DNA of 64,000 nt from a virus. The number at the start of each line of letters is the position of its first letter. The first letter of the stretch is position 1. A program made the position numbers and the translations under genes. The notes below the pieces were generated by a model. The model ran no database searches. It was given only the letters and a program-made list of their open reading frames with translations, and was not told the DNA's origin. Where the stretch lies: IMG/VR virus record IMGVR_UViG_3300009509_000014, positions 1 through 64,000 of that record. The stretch is one strand, 5' to 3'. Positions 6,926-15,342 of this stretch are shown in pieces.

Positions 6926-8363
6926 TGGCCAACTTGGCACCTTCCCGTTCGGTAAAGATGTTTGTCTTTTTGATATTGATCGCTTCATTTAACAGTACTC
7001 CTGACTTGTTTTCGATCTTTCCTTCTATCACTCCGTGCAGTAATACATTTAGTATTTCGCCAACTTCCTTGCCCTCTTCAATCGCAAGGGCCTCCATTAT
7101 GTCGTGTCCGTTAACTGCCAGGTCTGTAACCCTGAATACGGATTTCGCGTCAATCTCTGCATTTACAAGATTGAGTGCATAATTTTCTATCTTGAGAAGT
7201 TCTTTGCTTTGATCCTTGCCGTTAACGCCAAGGTCCTTCTTTACATCGGCAAAGCGTGTTAGAAAGACAAATGCCATACGTCTCTTAAGCTCTTCCGTTG
7301 AGTTATTCCCGCCGAGATCAATCTTGCTCAAAAACCTACGTGCGGCTGCTGGAGAATCAACTGTATACATATGATACCTAACCGAAAGCCAGATAAGCCT
7401 ACGAATATCCTCTGGCAATCGCAGCCGACTGGTGATTATTTCCGAAATATCAGCACCAGCCTGCTCATGCTGGTAAAAGGTAGCCCCGTATTCGCGGCTT
7501 TTGTACTGCCTAACAACTGGCTTCCCAATATCATGCAGTAAAACTGCAAGTTTATTGTTGGCCTTGTAGCCCAACTCATCAGCTTTCGCCATACACCTTA
7601 GAGTGTGCATCCACACGTCTTCAAAGTCGTGGTGTACATTCTGAGTTACGCCATTTAGTGCATATACTTCTGGCAAGATTACCTCTAGAAGCCCAAGGTG
7701 CTTTAGTGTCAGTATATACTTCATTGATATAGGAGACTCAAGCCCCTTCATAAACTCCTTACCAATTGCATCCCAGGACTCCCTTGCGATAAGGATTCTA
7801 TACTTGGTAATAGCTTCGATCAGATCGGGTTCGATAGTATACATGCTGTCGAGAGACGTGGCGAATCTTACATATCTCATCATTCTAATTGGGTGAGCCT
7901 TGATTCTCTTTACCGGATCGCCGATTGCACGGATTCTTCGCTTTGCAATATCATTACGACCTTCAAATGGATCAATTATGTTTCCATCATGATCCATAGC
8001 TATTGCATTTATAGTCATATCTCTCCTTGCCAAGTCTTCTGTTAGGTCGCTTGTAAAGCTAAACTTTACAGGCTTCCCGTCAACATAATCGGCGTCAGAT
8101 TCCTGTCTCATTGTGACGACTTCTACAAAGTCACCCTTCTCTATCGAAGGAACGTTAACTGACACAGAGAATGCAGCACTTATGATCGAAGAGCCGTCAA
8201 ACAAGTCGAGAATCTCTTTAGGAGTAGCACTTGTTACAACGTCGTAATCCTTGATCGGAAGCCCAAGATACGCATCCCTAACAGCGCCTCCAACAAGATA
8301 CGCCTGATGTCCAGCGTCAATCAGCTTCTTCATTATATCCCTGTACGACAAACCTTCGCCCAT
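6915..8363 (-). CDS. cca: CCA-adding tRNA nucleotidyltransferase with HD domain
   Basis: LVGGAVRD...DYDV, EDLARRDMTINA, DPFEG, R..RFA; HD domain DVWMHT...LLHDIGK. Confidence 0.93.
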   Translation of the reverse strand: MGEGLSYRDIMKKLIDAGHQAYLVGGAVRDAYLGLPIKDYDVVTSATPKEILDLFDGSSIISAAFSVSVNVPSIEKGDFVEVVTMRQESDADYVDGKPVKFSFTSDLTEDLARRDMTINAIAMDHDGNIIDPFEGRNDIAKRRIRAIGDPVKRIKAHPIRMMRYVRFATSLDSMYTIEPDLIEAITKYRILIARESWDAIGKEFMKGLESPISMKYILTLKHLGLLEVILPEVYALNGVTQNVHHDFEDVWMHTLRCMAKADELGYKANNKLAVLLHDIGKPVVRQYKSREYGATFYQHEQAGADISEIITSRLRLPEDIRRLIWLSVRYHMYTVDSPAAARRFLSKIDLGGNNSTEELKRRMAFVFLTRFADVKKDLGVNGKDQSKELLKIENYALNLVNAEIDAKSVFRVTDLAVNGHDIMEALAIEEGKEVGEILNVLLHGVIEGKIENKSGVLLNEAINIKKTNIFTEREGAKLANGT

Positions 8364-8445
8364 AAGATTACCTCTCATTCTTTGGTATTATCATACGACA
8401 TAAATTACTGCGTCGTAACCTTTGGTAACGTTCTTACATGTCTCC

Positions 8446-8476
8446 AAAAAAACAAGCGGGGTAATTCCCCGCCTGT
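8446..8476 (-). terminator. intrinsic terminator
   Basis: ACAGGCGGGG-AATTA-CCCCGCTTGT followed by a T run. Confidence 0.75.
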
Positions 8477-8506
8477 CGCTTGCACTAGATTATTTACGTT
8501 CAGATT

Positions 8507-8704
8507 TTACTCTGATTCCTCTGGCGGAGATTCCACTTTTTTCCTTACCTTCGTCAATCTATATTCGCCAGACGCTAGTGCGTGAAGCACGACAAACGCG
8601 GACTGATTGATTCCGAGCGATTCGTCGTTATAGATACTGCGACCCAACTTCTGAATCTCTTGGGCCTCAGACATTATCATCTGCACTGTAATACTATGAG
8701 CCAT
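8507..8704 (-). CDS. small hypothetical protein, possibly DNA-binding; monocistronic
   Basis: Own promoter, AGGAGG SD, downstream terminator. Confidence 0.65.
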   Translation of the reverse strand: MAHSITVQMIMSEAQEIQKLGRSIYNDESLGINQSAFVVLHALASGEYRLTKVRKKVESPPEESE

Positions 8705-8741
8705 AATTTCCTCCTGTAATATAGCGTACTAATACAGGAGC

Positions 8742-8770
8742 ATTATAGCACAAAAGCTGCTAGTTTGCAA
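8742..8770 (-). promoter_or_regulatory. sigma70-type promoter
   Basis: TTGCAA-17-TATAAT with extended TG. Confidence 0.7.
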
Positions 8771-10187
8771 GTAACATACCAATATCTCCAGTGAATTTAT
8801 ATATCGTCGTGTTCACTGGCAATACAACCTTCGTGTCTGTCACTATTCCACCATGTACAGAACCAGAGTACGACAGTGTTTTTATGTCAGTGTTCGAGAC
8901 AACAGTTTCTCCCCTTATAGTGCATAGATATGGAGGTTTATAGTCTATGTCACTCTTTATTTGAACAAATATACCTTCCGGACTGACCTTGAATTCGCTA
9001 GCGACTTCTTCTAGGCTACTGCCGTGGCTCTTTACCCTGAACGCACGGAACTTGTTTGTTTTTGCACCAATGCCAACACGTAAGGAAGGCCATGTTGGGT
9101 CAACTTTCAACATCATATCTTTTAGTCGGTAATTGTCAAAGCTGTAAATCAATTCTTGCGAATTGGCATACCCAAGTTTCCATTCAAGTCGTCTAATGGC
9201 TTGCAGTGCCTGTGAACCAAAGCGCATAAACTTGACTTTTACATTCACGCCAACTGCAAGATAATTATTCATGAAGGTTATAAAGTCATAAATCCCATCC
9301 ATGTGTGCAGTTATATACATCGTTACCGTAAATCCTGCAGGATACTCATCTTTGAGCATGTCGAAGAGGTACATTATTGGCGAGTAAGCTAGTGTATAAT
9401 CCTCATTTTTTGGAATTGGGTACAACTGTTTTGCTGTTGACTTCATCAATTCACTTGGCGAATATTCTGTCATGCCAGATGGCCCATGCAAGAAAATCCT
9501 TGAATTGCCAGGGACACTATCGAGCCATCCCTTCCACGCATCTTTGTTCGCGAGTAATGTACGCCCCGCGTACTTCCTGTAATGTGGCGTGTCGGCTATA
9601 ATTATTATATGTGGCATGGCCTTTTGTACACCTTGCAATTCTGACACCATGACACTTGTCCGTTCGCCAGAACTGGCCTTTGCTGGAACTTTATATATCA
9701 TAGCCTCTTCGTTCAGGCGATATATATTCCAGTTGCCGACAGGTAGCAGCTTCCTGATCTTCGCTTCAACGCTAACCTTTTTGCGGCTAACGCTTTTACG
9801 CCCAACTGCCCAATAAGCTTCGCTGTCAGCGGTAATAACTCCAACAACTATCTCTCTTGCTGATTCCAGGAGCTTCCTTTGCCATTCAAGAGATGCAGCT
9901 AGCTTTTCGGTAACAATGTCGGCATAATTAACAGCGGTCCCAACCTCCTTTGCGAAAACCTCTGGCCGAGCGTCTTCTAGGAGCTTTAGACTTTGTATCA
10001 CAAGGTCAAGATATACCACTGCACTGCATGTTGCAATAATCCCTTTAGACGCAGGGTTCTTTACAAGGACTCCCTTCGTGGGGGCAAACACTGTGGATTT
10101 GTCACTTGAATACGAAAAGTAGGACGAAGGACTTATCCAACCTAGATCATACAGCAGTGGCTTCTGTGTCGTTTCCATCACCATCAC
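8760..10187 (-). CDS. hypothetical protein, last gene of the putative Ubl operon
   Basis: 475-aa ORF overlapping the upstream gene; no recognised motif. Confidence 0.75.
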   Translation of the reverse strand: MMVMETTQKPLLYDLGWISPSSYFSYSSDKSTVFAPTKGVLVKNPASKGIIATCSAVVYLDLVIQSLKLLEDARPEVFAKEVGTAVNYADIVTEKLAASLEWQRKLLESAREIVVGVITADSEAYWAVGRKSVSRKKVSVEAKIRKLLPVGNWNIYRLNEEAMIYKVPAKASSGERTSVMVSELQGVQKAMPHIIIIADTPHYRKYAGRTLLANKDAWKGWLDSVPGNSRIFLHGPSGMTEYSPSELMKSTAKQLYPIPKNEDYTLAYSPIMYLFDMLKDEYPAGFTVTMYITAHMDGIYDFITFMNNYLAVGVNVKVKFMRFGSQALQAIRRLEWKLGYANSQELIYSFDNYRLKDMMLKVDPTWPSLRVGIGAKTNKFRAFRVKSHGSSLEEVASEFKVSPEGIFVQIKSDIDYKPPYLCTIRGETVVSNTDIKTLSYSGSVHGGIVTDTKVVLPVNTTIYKFTGDIGMLLAN

Positions 10188-11751
10188 CTCCAGTGTCTAT
10201 TTCTTCGGCTATTGCATTGTCGGCCCCATTGTCTTTTCCAGCCGCCTGTGTATCCGCAGGTTTCTTGCCGTCATTAAACTCCCTGATCTGTGTTATTAAT
10301 CCCTTTGGGTGAGTCTCTTCATTTTTAACGTATGTCAAAAGTTCCCGCCTTTGCACAAATAAACATTCGGGACACACATAATTATACCCCCCTCCCGCTT
10401 GATAGAAGTACAAGGGGACATTGTGCTTGGAACAGATAAAATACGTTGACTCTACGTGCAGCCTTGCATTGAACCCGCATGAGCTATCAATACATATTCC
10501 ATTGGCTAGAGCCGAGTAACACATTGGGCAAACTTCCGAAATGCCTGCCTGTACTTCTTCTTCAACCTCAAACCAATCGCAGGCCAAACAATATGCTGTT
10601 CCGTCAAGCTCTACAACCATGCCTCCGCACTTCCCACAGGCGGTGGATCTCCTTACCGCAGTAGACGTACTTTTTGAACTTTGGACAGTGGTGGCCGGAG
10701 TAACTTCTTGCCTATGAACGGCGCTGGTCGCAGCATTCTTGGCCGTCCTTCTTGCATTGTCCCAGGCATTCAGCGTTTTACCTCCAACACGCGATGACCA
10801 GATAGAGAATTTCCTTTGGACAGAACTTGTTTCTTTCGACTCTCCTGGGAATGCCACTTTTGCGTTTGAGTATCTGTTAATAGACACCCCATTTACTTCA
10901 TTGTATTCAGCTAGAGGTCCAAGCTGAAACGCAATCTTCCAGTTTTTAGGAACTGAGTCTCTTGGACCAATAAAGTCTGCATGGCCCACTCCACTTGTCG
11001 TTGAAGACCATTGACCCTTTACTGTAGTCCCACCAGATTTTTTCACCTGGGCAGAACTTGACATCATAACTACGCATGGGACCATTGGTGGTTCGTCAAC
11101 AAACTCAAACCGGAGAGTGTCACGAATCATCTTCGCTTCTGGACCGTTTGGATCAAAACCCATAGCGTCTATGAAGTCATCATTCGATGCGCCGTAAGTT
11201 TGCAGTGCCAGTGGATTTATTCCCAATGCTTGTGCAAATTCCTTTAGCTGATCTCCAAGAGTTGACATCTTTGGAACATAAACCTTGGTAATTCCCTTGC
11301 CCCAAGGGACTGCAAGCCCGTGAGCGACAGCCAGAACATTTGCCTTGTTAACTCCATCAGAGTTCACCCTTGGGTGCTGCTCAAACCAATACTTGTCTCC
11401 AGGGGTGAGTGTCCCAAGGCCAAGTGCCTCCAGGTACTTTTTCGTGGCGTCATATACACAACTATTCACATGATAATGATATGTTGTTGACGTAAACCCA
11501 TCTCCCCCTGGATCGACCTTCCATACCGGAAGCTTCTTGTCTCCGGTTGTCATTTCTGGCTCTACGTTCCCAAGAAGGGATTCGGCGGCAAATTCACTAA
11601 TTTCGTGCATTGTGCCATTATTGTCGATCAGGTAACCTCCTGGCTCTTTTTTGACCGTGCCAGCAGTTGCTTTGAAAAATTGTTTTGCCACAACCGGAAC
11701 AAGTCCGGTTTGCCCCTTGCCATCACCTTTACTTGTCGGAATTAGGGACAT
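10147..11751 (-). CDS. putative Cys-His (papain/OTU-like) peptidase with C-terminal Zn ribbons
   Basis: NSCVYDA and GHADF candidate catalytic motifs; CGKC/CLAC, CPMC/CIDSSC, CSKH/CPEC; the function is an inference. Confidence 0.5.
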   Translation of the reverse strand: MSLIPTSKGDGKGQTGLVPVVAKQFFKATAGTVKKEPGGYLIDNNGTMHEISEFAAESLLGNVEPEMTTGDKKLPVWKVDPGGDGFTSTTYHYHVNSCVYDATKKYLEALGLGTLTPGDKYWFEQHPRVNSDGVNKANVLAVAHGLAVPWGKGITKVYVPKMSTLGDQLKEFAQALGINPLALQTYGASNDDFIDAMGFDPNGPEAKMIRDTLRFEFVDEPPMVPCVVMMSSSAQVKKSGGTTVKGQWSSTTSGVGHADFIGPRDSVPKNWKIAFQLGPLAEYNEVNGVSINRYSNAKVAFPGESKETSSVQRKFSIWSSRVGGKTLNAWDNARRTAKNAATSAVHRQEVTPATTVQSSKSTSTAVRRSTACGKCGGMVVELDGTAYCLACDWFEVEEEVQAGISEVCPMCYSALANGICIDSSCGFNARLHVESTYFICSKHNVPLYFYQAGGGYNYVCPECLFVQRRELLTYVKNEETHPKGLITQIREFNDGKKPADTQAAGKDNGADNAIAEEIDTGGDGDGNDTEATAV

Positions 11752-12469
11752 CAGAAACCTCCTTCTGGCCACTTGTTCCTGTTATGCACCGTGCCGTTGT
11801 ATTGATTCTGCCGTCGCCAATACCAACTACCCAATTCACCATGTCTCCGTTCTCGGCAACCCTTCCGCGATCTTGATAGACGATTCCGACAGGATCGTGA
11901 CCACTGATATAGATGAAGATTGATATTGCAGCACATTCTGTCACCAAGGCAGAAAACACCCGCGTTGCAACAAGCGCACAGGCAGGTTCCTTTTCCTCAG
12001 ACACCTTGTAGTCCTTCGCGATTCCTGTAAATGGCATGGTTACAACGTCTCCGTGCGACCACGACACAACCCCTCCAACCTGTGATAGACCAAGGTCGAT
12101 GTATGGAATGCCATATTCTTGCGACGCCTGTAGGAGTAGCTGCCTTGATGGAACATTGTCAAGCGCACCAACAATCAGCGTATGACCCTTCACGATCCAC
12201 AGGTTCTTCTCTGTGATTCTCACTCTCTGGACCTTGACATTAAGACCAGCGGCTTCATAGACAGGCGCAAGGATGTCAGCCTTGTTCTTGCCGATGCTCG
12301 CGGGAACTCCGAGATTCCCTGGCGAGTTCCGTTTCTCAACCTTGTCAAAGTCAACAAGGGTTACTCCAAACGGAACATCGAGAGAGGTCGAGAAAGCGCA
12401 TAGAGGGCTAGCGATCATGGAGCCTAACAATCCAGCGCCTACTATCAAAATGTTGTTCCCATTTACCAT
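11729..12469 (-). CDS. ThiF/MoeB/E1-family adenylyltransferase
   Basis: IVGAGLLGS, VDFDKVE..N, GKNKA, GALDN..SR, YIDLG; Cys in EPACA at the crossover-loop position. Confidence 0.88.
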   Translation of the reverse strand: MVNGNNILIVGAGLLGSMIASPLCAFSTSLDVPFGVTLVDFDKVEKRNSPGNLGVPASIGKNKADILAPVYEAAGLNVKVQRVRITEKNLWIVKGHTLIVGALDNVPSRQLLLQASQEYGIPYIDLGLSQVGGVVSWSHGDVVTMPFTGIAKDYKVSEEKEPACALVATRVFSALVTECAAISIFIYISGHDPVGIVYQDRGRVAENGDMVNWVVGIGDGRINTTARCITGTSGQKEVSDVPNSDK

Positions 12470-12470
12470 A

Positions 12471-13661
12471 TCATCCTCCTATCGTAATTGGCGGGTATAG
12501 TTGGCCAATCTGTTTAGACTTCGACCCAGGACTGACGCCATGAACCAGTGCGTACATTTGCTTCTTGTGGAGCGACACACCCATCGTCTGATATTTTGGA
12601 GATTCGCAAGTGCATCCATAGACCGAATATGGGCAGTACGGATCGCCACATTCGCATACATTTTGAACGGACTTTCCACATTTCACGCACATATTTTTCC
12701 CCGCTATGTCGTATGTAGAATTTGTACTACTGCACTTTGCGACAGGACACTTCCCGTATGGCTCATTTAGCATCATACCACACTTCGCACAGTACAGGCC
12801 AATCATCCCATACGGAGTTACTCCGGAAATAGCATTGGCCATAGCTGTTAGAATTGGTACGGATGCAAGCGGGTTAGAACTTTTCTTTTCTGGCTTGAAT
12901 ATCTGTCCAAAATCTCCAAAAACGTCTTTGCCTTGCCGCTTTAGCCAGAACAGCCTCAGTGAAGTCGTTGCCCATGTTCCTACAGTTTGGCCTTGTGTCA
13001 TGGATGCAATTCGGATATCCTTGTTATTGTACGAACCGTACCCTTCGCGCTGGCACCAATACGAACAGACAAATCCAGTTGGATAAGGGAATTCCTTTGG
13101 AATCTTCCGATATCTTGTATGGAAGCCATCCCACATTGGCTTCGTTAGCCAGTGAACAACATTATACCCTGGGTATAATGGATCAAGTCCCTTGATATCG
13201 AATACGGTTGCAACCACAAGCCCCTTGTAGACAAGTGGCTTTCTGAACATTGCGCCGATGGCGTCTGCAGTGTTTTCCATACGACCGTCAGACAGGTAAT
13301 AAATGTACCGAATTGAGTTACCCCTGATAGTAACGGCGTTGCCGAAATAGCGTTGCAGATCTCGCAGGACCATTCGCCGCTCAGCCGATTCGTCCCAAAA
13401 TTCCTGTGGCTTGATCACTGGTTTCACCCAGGTATTGTCGTGGTTAACATGGCCAGTTCTAGACCTCATTTCCCTCATAATTCTTAACTGGAGATCTTTA
13501 TCATACGTCACAAACTTTTGCGAAGCATCGCCAGTATTAGGGTCGTATACATGAAGCCTTAGTCCATGACGCCCCCCAAAAACGGTTACGTTATCAAGCA
13601 CCTTGTTTTTCTCTGTATCGTAAAGCCTTGTTGTTGGCCCATCATTCAATGTGACAAGCAT
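12471..13661 (-). CDS. putative E2 (UBC-fold)-like protein with Cys-rich Zn-finger C-terminus
   Basis: Helix ERRMVLRDL, YKGLVVATVFDI...LYP, H...GFVC resemble the UBC pattern; many C-terminal Cys pairs. Confidence 0.5.
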   Translation of the reverse strand: MLVTLNDGPTTRLYDTEKNKVLDNVTVFGGRHGLRLHVYDPNTGDASQKFVTYDKDLQLRIMREMRSRTGHVNHDNTWVKPVIKPQEFWDESAERRMVLRDLQRYFGNAVTIRGNSIRYIYYLSDGRMENTADAIGAMFRKPLVYKGLVVATVFDIKGLDPLYPGYNVVHWLTKPMWDGFHTRYRKIPKEFPYPTGFVCSYWCQREGYGSYNNKDIRIASMTQGQTVGTWATTSLRLFWLKRQGKDVFGDFGQIFKPEKKSSNPLASVPILTAMANAISGVTPYGMIGLYCAKCGMMLNEPYGKCPVAKCSSTNSTYDIAGKNMCVKCGKSVQNVCECGDPYCPYSVYGCTCESPKYQTMGVSLHKKQMYALVHGVSPGSKSKQIGQLYPPITIGG

Positions 13662-13682
13662 ATCTTACCTCCTGGATAGAAT

Positions 13683-13717
13683 AAAAAAGGCCGAGAGTGG
13701 CAGTCCACTCTCGGCCC
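13683..13717 (-). terminator. intrinsic terminator after the Ubl-like gene
   Basis: GGCCGAGAGTGG/CCACTCTCGGCC hairpin followed by T6. Confidence 0.85.
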
Positions 13718-13757
13718 TTGTGCTGTGTGTTCTGCCGCAGGCTCAGGTCAACTGCGT

Positions 13758-14216
13758 CTAGCCAAACGGCGCAGCGGCCAGCACATGCCATTCCACCCCG
13801 TCGTTCGGGATCACCACCATCTGCGGAGTGAGGTCGCCAGCCGCGATGTAGAAGTGGTCTGTCCCAGGGTCCTGATCGCTGATCACGAAGCTGTGTTCCT
13901 TCACCAAGTAGTTGCAGGTCGCGTCCACGATCCGCTGAGGGAGCGGCTTCGAGCTTGATGCCAGAAGATCGGCGGTGAGCTTCCCCATCGCTGCCTGCAG
14001 CTTCGCCGCGTTACCAGCCGCGCCGAGAGCTTTCAGTTCGTCAAAGTTTGGCGGAGCAACGTCTGCGACCTTCTCGCCATACTTGTCCAGGAACTCTGCC
14101 AACCCGCCGCGATAGTCAACCTGCCGTGTTGCGCGGCCTCCAGCACTCGTTGTCTTCGCGCCCGAAATAATAACCGAAATCTGATCGGACGCTCCTACTG
14201 TCAATTCTTTTGCCAT
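13758..14216 (-). CDS. putative ubiquitin-like (beta-grasp) protein with helical insertion and C-terminal Gly
   Basis: Ends MVVIPNDGVEWHVLAAAPFG, like MoaD/ThiS L.DGD.V......G; N-terminal beta-beta-alpha pattern; GGGAGGT SD. Confidence 0.55.
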   Translation of the reverse strand: MAKELTVGASDQISVIISGAKTTSAGGRATRQVDYRGGLAEFLDKYGEKVADVAPPNFDELKALGAAGNAAKLQAAMGKLTADLLASSSKPLPQRIVDATCNYLVKEHSFVISDQDPGTDHFYIAAGDLTPQMVVIPNDGVEWHVLAAAPFG

Positions 14217-14287
14217 GTTGTACCTCCCGTATACAGGAATTTTTGACGGGCCGAATCACAAAATGTCTGTGACCCGCCCGACTGTAT

Positions 14288-14316
14288 ATTATACTGGAAT
14301 TGTCTAACTTTGTTGA
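14288..14316 (-). promoter_or_regulatory. sigma70-type promoter of the Ubl operon
   Basis: TCAACA-AAGTTAGACAATTCCAG-TATAAT. Confidence 0.75.
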
Positions 14317-14843
14317 GAATTACTGCGGATCACCTTGTAAAAGATTGGATGATCTTTTCCAACATACCACCTGTAAGTACTCCCCAATTTGCCATAATCC
14401 ATTATATATTCTGGATAAGACTCTGTAAGTCTTTTATAGGAAATTGTGCCTTCTGTGGTGTTGATCCTTTTACATAATTCCCACGGTACAAGGTAAGCTT
14501 CCGCACTCATACGCCCCATTATTTTTTGTCTATTCCAGTCTAATTTCATACTTGGCATGTCAAGAAATCCTATAGCTACCCATGAAGACATTGGAGCTAG
14601 ATTTTCTACAAAATCTAATGCGCGAATTTGATGATCTCTAAATACAGACATTGGCATTGTCCATCCAGAAGCCTTTTTAGCTTCTATGGCGACAAACCTG
14701 AGAATTTTCCCGCCATTTACAGTAAGCGGAATTCCAACCACGTAGTCGAATGGCTTTAGCGATCTCCCGCAGTCTGGTATTTTTATAGAGAACCCAAGTT
14801 TCCTGAAAGCTAGCTTGCGTTCAAACTTGCTCTTAACGCTCAC
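14304..14843 (-). CDS. RecU-like Holliday junction resolvase (PD-(D/E)XK)
   Basis: KPFDY...FVAIEAK...HQIRAL. Confidence 0.75.
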   Translation of the reverse strand: MSVKSKFERKLAFRKLGFSIKIPDCGRSLKPFDYVVGIPLTVNGGKILRFVAIEAKKASGWTMPMSVFRDHQIRALDFVENLAPMSSWVAIGFLDMPSMKLDWNRQKIMGRMSAEAYLVPWELCKRINTTEGTISYKRLTESYPEYIMDYGKLGSTYRWYVGKDHPIFYKVIRSNSQQS

Positions 14844-15334
14844 ACTATAATACGACCTTTCTTATCGACGGAATATACAAGAGCGCCATCCTGTCTGCCA
14901 CCGCCGCTAAAAAACACCACTATAGACGGAAATGGTGCTTGATCTTTCTCGCCAACAAATCTTAACCTTCCCTTTATTATAAGTATTGCGAAAGCATGTT
15001 TCAATATTATGTCATGAAACCATCTGGTATCTGTTCTGGCAGGAAGAAGCATACAAACAAACGATCCATGTTTCACAGATTCGTGATACCCCTTCTTTAC
15101 CCATTTAGGAGTAATGTACTTCCCATACGGAGGATTAACCCATACGGTTCCTTTCCAGTCTTGGGAAAGTGCATCGTCCTCTTTTGTGTAAAACACTTCA
15201 CACTTTGCGTTCTTTGGTGTTGCTGCCGCATCTAGTGTAAAATGGAACATTTCGTTAAATGTGTCAAAAAGGTCTTGTGGAGTTTCGTACTCATCTTTTT
15301 TGGAGGACATCATAGCCCCCTTCATGTCAACCAC
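14840..15334 (-). CDS. phage DNA N6-adenine methyltransferase
   Basis: ETPQDLF, FTLDAAA, WVNPPYG, LLPARTDTRWFH, GRLRF. Confidence 0.92.
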   Translation of the reverse strand: MVDMKGAMMSSKKDEYETPQDLFDTFNEMFHFTLDAAATPKNAKCEVFYTKEDDALSQDWKGTVWVNPPYGKYITPKWVKKGYHESVKHGSFVCMLLPARTDTRWFHDIILKHAFAILIIKGRLRFVGEKDQAPFPSIVVFFSGGGRQDGALVYSVDKKGRIIV

Positions 15335-15342
15335 TCTGTCTC

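Noticed and set aside
12471-12485. C-terminal Gly-Gly on the E2-like ORF as a sign of a second Ubl
   Set aside because: The GGAGGA codons double as the SD of the ThiF gene, so the GG is explained by the overlap.
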